From a virus (lineage: Duplodnaviria; Caudoviricetes): 58,417 nt of DNA. A program made the translations under genes and the position numbers. How positions within the stretch are numbered: the first letter of the stretch is position 1; each line of letters starts with the position of its first letter. Below, piece by piece: positions 36,280 to 47,901 of this stretch. Location of the stretch: positions 1-58,417 of the IMG/VR virus record IMGVR_UViG_3300037408_000637. One strand, 5' to 3'. The notes under the pieces are model-generated. The model was not told the DNA's origin, searched no databases, and was given only the letters and a program-made list of their open reading frames with translations.

Positions 36280-36835
36280 CTCGCCTCCGAGTAACCGTCG
36301 AAAAGCACCCAACGCGGATCTCCCTCCTGCAAACGCACCACGCGCAGGTCCGTGTCCGACAGGTCACTGTCCTCACACGTCACCACCTCGTACACGAACC
36401 CCGGAATCAACGGCGTCGAGTCCCCCACGGTCAGCTCATCACGCTTCACCTGGATCTTCGCCCCGCCACGCATCACATCGAGTCGGTCGCTGCTGCACGT
36501 CATCACCAGGCTCCTTTCGGTTGGAACGCCTGCGCGTTGACCGCGTCGTCGCTGTGCTCCATGTCCCAGTGCGACCCGACCACCCAACACCCGTGCCGAT
36601 CCACCACGAACTCGGCCAGCTCCCGCACCGCCCTCCACGACAACCCGATGAACACGCCTGACATGATGATGACCGATCCGTGCCGCCCTCGCAATGTTCG
36701 TGACACAACCGCGTCCCCGTGCCACGACGCCGACGCCTCGAACGCCCGGATCGTCGCGGCGATCTCCCGCACCCGCACATCCCGCCCGCCCACGACCAAT
36801 GAGACGACAGCTCGGCAACACATGGCGCAGACCCG

Positions 36836-37447
36836 TCACAGATCCACACGCGGCCAGATGTCGTCCGGCCGCACCCCACGCTGACGCAAGAACTGCAACG
36901 CCTGATACACGACGGGATTGGTGATGTTCCCGAGGCGCAGCTCCGCCCGCTCCGCCTCGAACATGCGATAGGCCAGCGCCACCCCCGCCTCCCCGCACCC
37001 GTGGTTCGTGCCCAACTTCGCCGCCAGATCCTTGATGTCCAGCCAGTCCCCCGCGTACCAGTACCGCAACGCGATGTTGGTGCGGTACGCCTGCGCCTCG
37101 TACAGCGCCCGCCACATCGGACTCATCGCATAGCGCCACATGAACCGCAGGCTCCACACCCGCACATGGTCATGCTCATGGACGCACGTCGCCGCCTCCC
37201 ACAGCAGGTTGCGCACGCCCGGCACCGGGTCGGGCAAGTAGATCGTGCGGCCCACCGTCGTGGCAAAGCGATCCAGGAAACGCTCGCGCGGCATGACCCG
37301 CGCCCAGGCCAGGGCCCGCGCCACGATCCGCATCAGGACCGACCGCCGCTTCCGCCGCCGCCGGGTCCGGTAGGTGTTCGCCATCTCGACCCAGAGCATG
37401 TCCACCAGCGCTGCGTCGATCCGTCGCCCCCCATCCCCGTCGTCCAT
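36836..37447 (-). CDS. putative zincin-like metalloprotein
   Basis: ATTVGRTIY...HEHDHV...YEAQAY (HExxH plus downstream E). Confidence 0.55.
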   Translation of the reverse strand: MDDGDGGRRIDAALVDMLWVEMANTYRTRRRRKRRSVLMRIVARALAWARVMPRERFLDRFATTVGRTIYLPDPVPGVRNLLWEAATCVHEHDHVRVWSLRFMWRYAMSPMWRALYEAQAYRTNIALRYWYAGDWLDIKDLAAKLGTNHGCGEAGVALAYRMFEAERAELRLGNITNPVVYQALQFLRQRGVRPDDIWPRVDL

Positions 37448-37660
37448 GGAGCCTCCTACGTGATCACCGACGCCTTCGGCAGCGAGACATGGATCTGCGG
37501 ATCGGCGTCGACAACGGTCACAACCACGACGCCATTCTCTACCGCTACGCTGCCACCTTCAACCCGCTTCGGCACCGCCATGCCATGTTTCACCGCGAAA
37601 TCGAGCACCGCCTCCAGCGCCTCCTGGGGCGTCAACCGATACATCAATGCCGACCTCGAA

Positions 37661-38215
37661 TCAGCCATCTGTCTCACCGCCTTCAACTATCGCCATGATC
37701 GCGTTCAACGCTTCCACCAAATCGCACAGCACCTGCCGCGCCACCTGACTCTCCGCCGGGGTCGCCGGGCGCCCCATCCTCGGCACCTCCACCGAGCGCG
37801 CATGCGCTGCCAGTATCCCCACGCCAAAGAACAGCTCATGCCGCAACATGCTCAACAAGTCGTCCGGGTCAAACCGGCAGTCCACGCGCAGCGCCTCCGC
37901 CACCGCCTGGCTCGTCGTCACCGGCACCTGGCGCATCACATCGAACCCCGTCTCCCAGTCCTCCCCATGGGCCCCCGACACCGACCGCCGCGTCCACAGC
38001 TTCCCCTCGAAGACCCAGTACCCCGTGCCCAGGGGCGTCGCCGCATCCACCCCCAGCAAGGGGGCCAGGCCCTCGGTGCTCACCACGTGACGGAACCACT
38101 CCGCCATGGATATGCGCCCGCCCTCGCCGGACGTCTGATCCGCCCAGGTCGACAGGAGGCGCAGCCCGCCCGCCCCGTCAGACAACACGAGGAATCGCAC
38201 GATCTCCCGAGTCAT
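37661..38215 (-). CDS. hypothetical protein (paralog of 40689-41192)
   Basis: EWF..V.T.GLA.LL...GYW..G..W shared motif. Confidence 0.6.
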   Translation of the reverse strand: MTREIVRFLVLSDGAGGLRLLSTWADQTSGEGGRISMAEWFRHVVSTEGLAPLLGVDAATPLGTGYWVFEGKLWTRRSVSGAHGEDWETGFDVMRQVPVTTSQAVAEALRVDCRFDPDDLLSMLRHELFFGVGILAAHARSVEVPRMGRPATPAESQVARQVLCDLVEALNAIMAIVEGGETDG

Positions 38216-38487
38216 CGATCTCCTCCGTTCCCGCGCGCCTTGGACGTTCGCGGCGTTACCCGCTTCCCACTCGTGCCCCGCAACTGCTCATACGCCATCA
38301 CCAAATCGTCCAGGGGCACCCCCTGCGCCCACTGCTGTCGGATGAACGCCTCATCCGGCATCGGCTTCTTGTTGTAATCGCAATAGTACCGCACATTCTC
38401 AATGAAATTGCCTAATCGCCGTTCGTCCAATTCCTCTTGTGACATGCCTCGATTTTATCACAAAAGATCGCATCCCCACAGATCGTT

Positions 38488-38805
38488 TCAGCCTTCCAGC
38501 ACCTGGAATCCCCACGCGCAGTAGCCCGGCGCCAGCCCCGGCACGTCCCGCAACACGTAGGTGATCACCACGATCACTTTTCGCCCCGTGTAGTGCGAAT
38601 CGTCCTGCCCCAACAGGCCCTCGGCACACCGCGCAACCGCAGGCACCCACTCCCGTAGCCAGTACACCTTGCCCACCTGATAGTCCCGGTCGTCCAGCCG
38701 CACCTCGAACCGCTTGGTCCCGTCCAGCACCGCCGCGTAATACTCCGGCCAGATCCTCAGCTCCACATGCTCCATCGTGGGCATCCAATCAAGAGGGGGC
38801 GTCAT
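38488..38805 (-). CDS. ASCH/DUF3850-family protein
   Basis: ELRIWPEYYAAVLDGTKRFEVRLDDRDYQVG..LREW...YTGR. Confidence 0.8.
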   Translation of the reverse strand: MTPPLDWMPTMEHVELRIWPEYYAAVLDGTKRFEVRLDDRDYQVGKVYWLREWVPAVARCAEGLLGQDDSHYTGRKVIVVITYVLRDVPGLAPGYCAWGFQVLEG

Positions 38806-39263
38806 GGCGTCCCCCGATCCGCGCTCCCACGCTCCAGGTCCAGTTGCCGCCGCCAACGGTCCCCATCCGTGCCCGGTCGCCGCGCCCACAACCCCCAGAG
38901 CCAGAAGCCCGCGTCCACCGCCGGACAGACCAGCAACGGCACCATGTAGAGGCCCGACGCCCCCTCGCCATAAGCAATCAGCGCCCAGAGGCCCCCGAGG
39001 CCCACGGCGATCTGTACGGCCGCCCACCGGATCGGCGCACTGTGCCGCCGTCGCGGCGACCCGTTCTCCGTCGCCAGGCCGCTCTCGTACCGCGCAAAGT
39101 AAAACCGCCCCTCGTATCGGTGCATCCAGGGCACGAACTTGACCGGCTTGCGCCCCTCCCAGATCCAGCCATTCCAGAGGTGCGACAGCTCATGCACCAC
39201 GTTCTGCCAGCCCCAGGCGACCAGCCAGAGCCCGGCCCATATCCACCAGTTGATCTCGCTCAT
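38802..39263 (-). CDS. membrane metalloprotease-like protein (M50-like)
   Basis: Transmembrane helices with VHELSH, later SAP and TDG motifs. Confidence 0.55.
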   Translation of the reverse strand: MSEINWWIWAGLWLVAWGWQNVVHELSHLWNGWIWEGRKPVKFVPWMHRYEGRFYFARYESGLATENGSPRRRHSAPIRWAAVQIAVGLGGLWALIAYGEGASGLYMVPLLVCPAVDAGFWLWGLWARRPGTDGDRWRRQLDLERGSADRGTP

Positions 39264-39265
39264 GG

Positions 39266-42200
39266 TCACTTCGCTCCGTACTCCAAGATGACATCGCACG
39301 ACATGCGGCCATCCTCCTCGGTTCGCCCGTTTAGGGGCGACAGCTCCCGACAGGGATTCGAGACACACCACCCGGTCTCCAGCCAGACCTGGGTCGGCTC
39401 CCCATTGGGCCGCTCGTCCGGCACATCTGCCAACCACGCCTTCAGCTCGCGCACCGTCACGCCATTCGAGTTTTCAAAGATCTTGATCATCTCTCCCTCA
39501 TCCCCGCCTGGTAGAAGTCCTCGAACGCCCGCCCCAGGTACATCCGATCCGCAGGACTGAGCGCCGTCATCTGCTCTATCAACGTCTCATGCACGTACCC
39601 GTTTCTTCGCAAATTGCAGTAGGCCCGGTACACGCCCAGACACGGCCCATGCGTCACCACGTCCCGGTACAGGTTCCGCAACTGCTCCCGCTCCCGCGCC
39701 AAGACCAGGCCCTCGGCCTGTACCATGACCTCCTGCACGCGCTGGACCGCCAGCAACTGATCATGATCCTCGGCGGCCCGCTGCGCCGCCGCAAGGTCAG
39801 GAAACGTCCCTAAAGACTCCCAGGCCCCCTTGGTGCGTGCCACGCGCAGCGTCCCGTCCGCGTAGACGTAGGTCGCGCCCGTTTGCGCCGAGAGCGCCTC
39901 GCGCCGCCCCTTCTTCCCGCGTGTCCACGTTAACGCTGGCATCGACATCATGGCCGCCCCTTCTCGTTCTGCCTGGCCCTTGCATTGTGAAGATGCAGTT
40001 CATCCAAGGTGGCCTGATCCAATATGATCGGCTCTGCCGGAGCGCTGACCTCCACCGTGAAGGGCTCGCCGCGATCATCGATCAAGTGGATCTTCATCGA
40101 CCGTGGCCCACATGGCTTCGGTATCTCATTGGGGTCCATCTGACACCTCCGTCACGAACATGGCCTCGAACACCTCGGGCGACAAAACGAACCCATGCCG
40201 CCGCCCCTCGACCAACGCGAACCGCACGATCCACTGCCCCACGTTGGCATCATGCTCCTCATGATCGCGATTCAAAAACCGCACCGCCTGATCCGCTGGC
40301 GGCAACCGCACGCCGACCACCGTGCCCTCCATCCATTCTGCCACCTCAGTGAGGTTGTCGACCGTGACCTGCCGCGCCTCGATGGCACATCGCACCTGCA
40401 CTCGCGTCATGACCGCGCCTCTGCCGCGTAGACAAGCACATCGTACTCGCACGTCCGTCGGAATACATCCAACGCACTCTCGACCGGGTCCGTGTCCGGC
40501 ACGGCCTGTCGAATCACAATCGCGCTCTTGCCCAGGCCCGTGATGCGCCCCCGCATGTGCCACTGCATGGTCACCGGGTCATGGGTCGCCCGCATGGACA
40601 CGGTCCCGCGCACGCCGTCCAAATCGAAAGCGGCCGTGTGAATGCCGTCCTCCCCTTTCGTCCACTCCAATCGCATGGCTCGTCCCTCCTAGCCGCACGC
40701 GCGTGCGTCCTCCATGTCCGTCAGCACCGTCAGCAGCCCCAGCAGGTTGCCCAGGCGCGTCTGGCCGTCCTGCCGTATGAACCCCGGGATGCACAACCCG
40801 CGCAGCAGATCCTCGACCACGACGAGATCGGCGCCGTCTACGCCCACAGCCGCGTACACCAGGCGCACGGCCTCCACGGGATCGGCGGGCAGCAGGTCAA
40901 ATCGTGCGATCTTGAACCCTCCGTCGCTATACCCCCCGTCGACCGTGTTGATGTCCTCGCCCCAGCAACGTCCCTGGAGTAGCCAGTACCCCGGCGCCGT
41001 CGGACTATCGTGATCATCGAGGTCCAACAGGGCCGCCAGCCCTATCGTGTTCACGTCCTCCTCGAACCACTCCGCATCGCTCAACACGTTTGACGCGGCG
41101 CGTTCCCGATTTCCAAATATCGCAACCACCGCCGCCTCGTCCGCGCAATCGCCGATGTGGATCACCGCCGTAACCGTGCCGCTGGTGCTCATGGCTCCTC
41201 CTCGGGAATCACGGGGTCCGCATCCACCATGATTCGTAATTCCCCCTCCTTGCCCCCGTTACGCCTCCCCTCGAAGGCGTCCCGTGCCGCCCGAAACACC
41301 GTGACCTGCATGCCCGCCCCGCACTCCATCACCACCGGCACCCAGTCGGGCGGATCCCACATACGGAACACGTCGCCCGCTCGAATGTCCGCCAATCGGC
41401 ACGTCTGCCACGTCCCGTCCGCCTGCTGTCGATCCACGCGCCGCAACGCCTCGCTCATATGTCCTCCTCCCGATCCTCGTACTTCGCCATGTGCCAAACG
41501 CCACACGCGGGGCAGCACTGGTCATCGTCCGGGCCAGAGCCCCCGCACGCGCACCACTCGTTGACCGCCAGGCGCAACCGCCGGTCCCACACCTTCGCAT
41601 GCTGCTCCGCCGTGGCCCCAGCCAACTTGTCAACGCCCCGCAAGGGCAGCAAGGGCAATCTGAAGCACCTGATCCGTACCTGCTCTCCCTCTACCACGGC
41701 ATCCGTGCTCGGCGGCGTGCTCGGCGGGCCCGCCATGATGAAAACGCAACAACCGTCGGGTTCGCCATGCCACCGAATCGGCCTGCCCTCTGACTCGAAC
41801 ACGCGCACGACCTGCCACTGCTTCAGATCATCAAACTGCACCGACTCCCAGATCCCCTCATCGTTCAACACCTCAATCCGCCACGATTCATCCATTTAGT
41901 CCTCCGCGTGATCCCACGCCCTGACGCGGCATTCTTCCGCGAACTCCACAAATCCCGGGCAGCACTCCAGCTCCCGCATCGACACCTGATCCGCCAGGCA
42001 CTCCTCCTGCAACCGCAGCAGATCCCGTCGACACGCCAAATTCCGCGCCTCACAATGCAGCGTGCCTGTGCGCTGGAACTCCGACGCCTCCGCTGGACGC
42101 TCCGGCAGCACCGCCTCGCATATCAGCGCCACCGCCACAAACCCCACCATGCCCATTGTCGCTACAAAGAATTTCATCCTACCCGTGTTTCCTCCGGCTC

Positions 42201-42989
42201 GAATGCCCCCGATCCGACCCCTTCTCGTTGTAGATGATCGACCAGCCCCGGTACGTCGGCGACGCCGTCCGGCCCCCGCTCTCCCGCTGTGTCTCCGCCT
42301 CCCTCTCCAGCTCGCAATCCACGCAGGGATACTCCGCATGCGACGTCACTCGCGCCCCGCACACCGTGCAAATCGGCAGCGACAGGTAGCAGGCAAAGCA
42401 GTACGCGCCCGCCTCCGTCTCGCGCACCTCGTTCTTCAGCGCGTTCAACCGCACCATCGCATGCAGATGCCCCGTGCGATGCACATGCGACAGCGATAGG
42501 CACCCGCGACACGGCTCCCCCGGCGCCACCGCCGCCGATCTCCACTGCGCCACTAAATTCATCCAAACCTCATCTCGACTGGTTGTTCTTGATCTTCAAA
42601 ACCTTCTGCACGTCCTCCACCGACAGCACCTTCGGATCGTCCGCCCCGGTCAGGGTTTTTTGCACGTCGGCCACCAGGTCAAAGCACTCCTGGCACTTCG
42701 TCGGGCACCCACCCAGGGGACGACGGGGCCTGCGCACCTCCCCGTCCTCTCGATGCGTGCAGAACTCGGCCGACCGCTGCCAGACATCCACCTCTTCCTG
42801 CGCAACGGCCAATTCGGCGTGGCACGTCGCCAGGTCCATCTCGCAGGCATTCACGCCCTGGACCTCCCGCTCCTTGGGAACGGGCAGCACGGGCGCTATC
42901 AACGGGAACGTCACTACCCCGACGATGGTTCCGACTACCCCCATGCCCAGGGCAATGAAGACCATCGCTTCCGGGGAAACGCTTCTCAT
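39266..42989 (-). other. cluster of small coupled hypothetical genes (39266-39490, 39487-39951, 39948-40139, 40126-40410, 40407-40676, 40689-41192, 41189-41458, 41455-41895, 41896-42177, 42179-42562, 42570-42989)
   Basis: Head-to-tail tiling with ATGA overlaps and GGAGG-type RBS. Confidence 0.6.
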
Positions 42990-43219
42990 GGCTCCTCCAT
43001 CGACTGGATTTTAAGCAGCGCGCTGCCTAGATCTAGCTGGCAATTCACCAGGTCTCGCTCCAGGTCGGACTGTGTTTCTTTTAACTCAATGACCTCTCTC
43101 GACGGGCAAAACACGATAAAAGACAAGACGATACTGAACCCAACCGTAAACAGTATTAAGGAAACCCAGAATACCAAACGCAAATCCTTCTCGACAGCAG
43201 CGCGTATCCAATCGCTCAT
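42986..43219 (-). CDS. small membrane protein, low GC
   Basis: Transmembrane helix LVFWVSLILFTVGFSIVLSFIVF. Confidence 0.55.
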   Translation of the reverse strand: MSDWIRAAVEKDLRLVFWVSLILFTVGFSIVLSFIVFCPSREVIELKETQSDLERDLVNCQLDLGSALLKIQSMEEP

Positions 43220-43404
43220 GGCTCCTCCCCGGCCCGCGTGTTCCATTTTTTGGAGACTATCTCAGGAGATTCCTCCTCGATATTCGCACCGCAGGCTTGG
43301 CACCGAACTACATAAAATTCGACGTACTGGAGAATGGTATCTACCTCTCGCAACTTAATATCGGCACAACCACAGAAGGGACAGGGCTTTAATTGGGTTC
43401 TCAT
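43216..43404 (-). CDS. Lar-family restriction alleviation-like Zn-ribbon protein
   Basis: LKPCPFCG...VRCQACGA...KWNTR. Confidence 0.75.
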   Translation of the reverse strand: MRTQLKPCPFCGCADIKLREVDTILQYVEFYVVRCQACGANIEEESPEIVSKKWNTRAGEEP

Positions 43405-43500
43405 GGCTTCTCCTCCACAGCATTCAACGTAGCCCTGCATTTCTCCAATTCAGCCTGTGCCTCTTCGCACCCCGCGCTCAAGACCAACTGACCAGCATGT

Positions 43501-45675
43501 TTACCCACGGTCGTTCACCCCGATCACTTCCATGACCTCCGCATCTTCCAAGTCCAACTGCTTCCGCAAAGCCGCGCACTCTTTCCGCGCCTCTCCCAAG
43601 CGAATCCGATACTCTCCCAACTCCGCCAAGACGTTCAACATCCGCTCGGCCAACGAATACCGATACGGCGGCAACACGGCGATCTCCTCCCCGGTGAGCC
43701 CCTCGGTCTCCTGGGCAGACATCGGCCGGGATTCCCTGCACCCCGCCGCACTCAAAATGCGATGCAACTCCCCCAACTCCATCCGTGGATCTCCCCCCTG
43801 TCCCCCCCGGGATGAATCCTGACTCCGGGCTTCCGCCTCGCGGTCCAAGGTCCGCTCCTGCCCCTGCCAAATCGACGGCAGGCCGTTCCAGTGCTTGGCG
43901 TCCAGGATGTCCAAAGGGGCCTTATCTGCCGAGATCGGTCGCGCCGTCGGCAGGGCATCCCAGTCGCGCGTGTCCGTCGCGGCCGGAACGGATCTCCGCA
44001 AAATCGCCCGTGCATCCCCTGGCCGAATGGCCGCACCAGAATCGCAACCAATCCCGTAAGACTGCTCCTCTCGCGCCTCCTTCGCCCGCGTCACCTTCTC
44101 CGCGACCTCCTCAATCGCGGTGCGTGCCTCGTCCAGCTTGGCCGTAAGATCGTCCCGATCCGCCACAAGCTCCCAGAGCTGCTCGGACGTCGACAGGACG
44201 CGCCAGGAAGGGGCGCCCGTCGTCGCGTACACGCCCGCCTTCTCCAAGATCGCGCGGACGCGATCCACCTCTTTCCAGCCCCAATCTTCCTTCATCTCGT
44301 CCAGTTTAGCCTGGAGATCATCGCGCTCGGCCTGTAGCGCCGACATCGTGGCATCCTTTTTCCCGCACACCGCCATCCACCCGTCCCGCTGCGCGGTCAG
44401 CATCCGCACCCGATCCGCCAACGAAACGGTGTCTACTTCCTGGCCACCCGGCACCCCTACCCCATCGAGCGCCATTTGCGCCTCCGCCCACGCCTTCCTC
44501 TCTTTATCCCGCTGCGCGACCAGCATTGCCACTCGCTCGGACATCGGGATCATCACCCCGGCATCCGTCGTCACCCCATCTGCCGACGCGGTCGCCGCCC
44601 GCTCCCCGGGCGTGTACGGTCGCCAGTCCGGCACCCCGGCCTTATCCAATTCCAAGCGCGCCGCTGTCCACCGCTGGTCCCAGCGCTCGAACTCGCTGCG
44701 ATCCCTCGATATGGTATTCCGTAGCGCCGTCAACTCTCGCTGCAACCGCTCCACCACCCCTTCGTGGTGGCACGCGCCCGCATGGCTGTCCCATTCCCGC
44801 TTCCGCGCCAGCCGCTCGCCTGCCAGTAGCGTCTCCAGATCGCGAATCTTCTGCCACTCCTGCGTCCCGTCCGGCACCGCTACCACCGGCCCGAGAGGCA
44901 CCCAGCCCGCGAACTCCTGCACCTTGACGCCCCCGTGGGGGTGGCACACCCAGATATTCTGCGACCCGTCCCGCACGACCGGGTACACCGCCCGCTCCGC
45001 CTCACCCGTCACGCTCGGGCGCGTAAACCACCACCACCAGGGACGGCCCGGCTGTACCGCGTCAAACTGCGGCAAATACAACGTCCGACAGCCGTTATTC
45101 ATGCCAGGCATCTCACCCGATCTTGTCGTCATCGTAGGCAACACAAATGGCACGAACCCAGGTTCGCCTCTAACCGGAGGCTGCGGCACCGCTGGCCCGC
45201 TCCCGTCCGGCACGTACTGCACCCGCTTCAACTGATCGGCCAACCACGCCTCCTGCGCCAACGTCTCCGCCATCTTGCCAGTCAAACCATCGAGCGGCGG
45301 CGGATAGAACTGCGACACCTCCATCGGCACGCGCGGCAACGCATCCCCGTTCGCATTGGGCACCAGGGGCTGCGCCGCCACAATGTCCTCCGAGGCGGGC
45401 ACCCCCTGCCCATCGAGGACGATGGGGATCAGATTCCCCTCCTGCCCAGGTTCGGGCCGCAGGACCAAGCCGATCCCGCCAGACCCCCCGCCCGACTCGA
45501 TCCCGATCACCCAGTAGAGGCCATGGCTCCAATACACGCGGTCGCCAATCGCCACCCCGGGCATCTGCATCGCAAGCGACGCGGGCACATTCAAAATGAG
45601 GCCCCGGCCCTTGACCACATGCTCCTGACATCCCGGTTGATCGTCCAGGTGCCAGGCGTGCGCTTGCTTGATCAT
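43501..45675 (-). CDS. large coiled-coil hypothetical protein
   Basis: 724-aa ORF with repeated L..AGVP...S(L/M).(E/D)RV..L.A.RD segments. Confidence 0.65.
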   Translation of the reverse strand: MIKQAHAWHLDDQPGCQEHVVKGRGLILNVPASLAMQMPGVAIGDRVYWSHGLYWVIGIESGGGSGGIGLVLRPEPGQEGNLIPIVLDGQGVPASEDIVAAQPLVPNANGDALPRVPMEVSQFYPPPLDGLTGKMAETLAQEAWLADQLKRVQYVPDGSGPAVPQPPVRGEPGFVPFVLPTMTTRSGEMPGMNNGCRTLYLPQFDAVQPGRPWWWWFTRPSVTGEAERAVYPVVRDGSQNIWVCHPHGGVKVQEFAGWVPLGPVVAVPDGTQEWQKIRDLETLLAGERLARKREWDSHAGACHHEGVVERLQRELTALRNTISRDRSEFERWDQRWTAARLELDKAGVPDWRPYTPGERAATASADGVTTDAGVMIPMSERVAMLVAQRDKERKAWAEAQMALDGVGVPGGQEVDTVSLADRVRMLTAQRDGWMAVCGKKDATMSALQAERDDLQAKLDEMKEDWGWKEVDRVRAILEKAGVYATTGAPSWRVLSTSEQLWELVADRDDLTAKLDEARTAIEEVAEKVTRAKEAREEQSYGIGCDSGAAIRPGDARAILRRSVPAATDTRDWDALPTARPISADKAPLDILDAKHWNGLPSIWQGQERTLDREAEARSQDSSRGGQGGDPRMELGELHRILSAAGCRESRPMSAQETEGLTGEEIAVLPPYRYSLAERMLNVLAELGEYRIRLGEARKECAALRKQLDLEDAEVMEVIGVNDRG

Positions 45676-46382
45676 GTCGTCTCCCCTTCCGTAAACGTGT
45701 ACCGCCAGCGCCCCACCCGCCGCAGCACCGCCGGGCCATGGTCGCCTGGCAACCTGTTATTGCTCACGCCAACGTGGCCCTCCAGCAGCCGCCGGAAGGC
45801 CCCCTCGTGCTGGACGTCCCCGCTCACCCGCATGTAGGATTTCCGGCCCGCGTCCAGGCGCGCAGCGAGGTCGCCCACGCTGAAGTCGCCCATGCCCTGG
45901 TTGCGCCACCAGCGATGCACGCCCCGCAGCGTGAGGAAGCTCTTCGGCGCGCTCCAGAAGACGTGATGCTGCCAGACGTCCGACCGATGCCCGCTGCCCG
46001 CCGCATCCGCGTCCCAGGACACGATGATGCCCACCTCGGGGCCGCGACAGCCCAGCCCGCTCGGCGGGGACTCGATGTGGCTCGGCAACTGCCAGTGGAT
46101 CTGCTGCCGCCCGAGGGCGCGAATGAACCCCGGCCCCGTCTTGCGCCCGAACGGATCAAGCCCGCTGACATGGATCGCGCTGTCCCCCCGCGTCACCATG
46201 TCGAAGCCAAAGATGTCCTGAACACTTGGATCGCAGTCGTCGACCCGGCGGCACTCGATGTCGCAGGGGTAGCCCAGGATGCGCTGGGAGCGAAACAGCC
46301 CGTAGATGCGCGCCTCGCCCACCGCGTCCTCGGGCACCGTGTAGATCGACCCTTGTTCGCGCCCGTGCTCATCTCTGGCCAT
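45672..46382 (-). CDS. hypothetical protein
   Basis: GGAGGAG RBS; ATGA overlap downstream. Confidence 0.6.
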   Translation of the reverse strand: MARDEHGREQGSIYTVPEDAVGEARIYGLFRSQRILGYPCDIECRRVDDCDPSVQDIFGFDMVTRGDSAIHVSGLDPFGRKTGPGFIRALGRQQIHWQLPSHIESPPSGLGCRGPEVGIIVSWDADAAGSGHRSDVWQHHVFWSAPKSFLTLRGVHRWWRNQGMGDFSVGDLAARLDAGRKSYMRVSGDVQHEGAFRRLLEGHVGVSNNRLPGDHGPAVLRRVGRWRYTFTEGETT

Positions 46383-46460
46383 GATCTCCTCCGGGGCCTC
46401 GGCATCCCGCCGGGCATCTCAAGGGACTGGCTTAGCGCCTTTCGCGGCGTTCGTCAACCG

Positions 46461-47608
46461 CTATCCCGCCACCTCGTTGTACTGGAACGACCCGTCCCGA
46501 AACCGCACCAAACGAAAGCTCGCCGTGCGGATCGACGGACGGGCCGTCGCCGCCTCCGTCGCACACGGCGGCCCGAAGGGCAACGGGATCACGCGCCGGT
46601 ACACCGGCAGCAACGGCACCATGACCTCGCACTGATCCCGCATCCCATCCCGCCAGAGAAATAACGCCTTCATCCGTCACCGTCCTCGTCGTCGATCTTC
46701 CCCGTCTGCCGCAGCGCTCGGCACGCCTCGAAGTGCGTGTTCAATGTATCCTTTGGGCCGTCGCCCATCCAGAAAATACTCTGGTAGCGCTCCCGCGTCT
46801 TCGGGTCGCATCCCCAGACCATCGTCTCCGCGTACCGGAGAGCCCCCGCATAGGGCGCCGAGCTGTCCCGGTTGATCGTGCTCACGAAAAAGAGCTGCTC
46901 CCCGTACCACACGTAGCTCTGAATGACATACTCGCTCATGACTCCTCCTCGAACGGATCGGCCAACGTGACTGCCTCGGAAAGGTTCAGGATCTCGCCGT
47001 CGTCGTAGATGGCCAGCAGCCCCGCGATCTCGCCGCCCAGGTCCGCCGCCATCTCCCGCTGCTCTGGCGTCGTCAAGGCGCCCACGAGCCGGTTGTAGCT
47101 CGCCGCAATGTGGCGCCGTAGCCCGTTGAAATCGACATTCATGGCCCCTCCTCCCGTGGCGTTTCCGCCACTTTCTGGTGGTACTTCTCGACCACCCGCT
47201 TGATGAGATCCCCCGTCCAGAACTGCTTCTCACCAAAGGCTCGCGCCAGATCCGCTGGATAGTGCGGCGACAGCTCGATCTCCCGCACCGGATCGCCCTC
47301 CATCGCGACCACATACCCGGCGACCTCCAGGTAGTACCGCCCGCAGGCAAACCCCCAATCGACGATCCGCTGGGTCGTGCTCATTTCGCCCCCTTCGCCT
47401 GCTCTTCCAGGAGCCACACCACCCACCCATACAGCTTGAGTTGCAAGTCCACGTCCGCCGCCTCGTACCAGTCCGCCAACTCGTCGTCGTGCGCCTTGAG
47501 CGCCTTCTCGAACCCGGCCAGCACGGCATAGACCCCGTGCTGCTCGCCCTGCTCGGCCTGCCACCGCTCGATCAGCGTCCGATACCGCTTCTGTCCCTCT
47601 TGCGTCAT
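46461..47608 (-). other. small coupled hypothetical genes (46461-46673, 46670-46939, 46936-47142, 47139-47384, 47381-47608)
   Basis: Tiling ORFs with start/stop overlaps. Confidence 0.55.
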
Positions 47609-47901
47609 CGTCGTTTCCTCAGTTCTTCGACCTCATCCGGGGTGGGCACCCGCCCCTCCCGCTGAAAGGTATTCATCCCACAGCAGCACCCGTCGCCCGC
47701 GTAAAGCGAATCCGCATACAATGGGCTCATCGCAATCAGGTGGCACCGCCACCGCTGCCCATCCCAGAACAGGTGCTTGCAGTCCTGGCCCGGATCGCAC
47801 GTCCCGTAAACGCACGGCGCTTTTCTGCAACAGAATCCACACCCTATGCAGTTCCGCACCGGAATGTCGGCCCATGCCGTCATGGGTGGCTCCGCTGGCA
47901 C
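47605..47901 (-). CDS. YkgJ-like Cys-cluster (Fe-S/Zn) protein
   Basis: CIGCGFCC...C...C..L...C. Confidence 0.6.
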   Translation of the reverse strand: MPAEPPMTAWADIPVRNCIGCGFCCRKAPCVYGTCDPGQDCKHLFWDGQRWRCHLIAMSPLYADSLYAGDGCCCGMNTFQREGRVPTPDEVEELRKRR

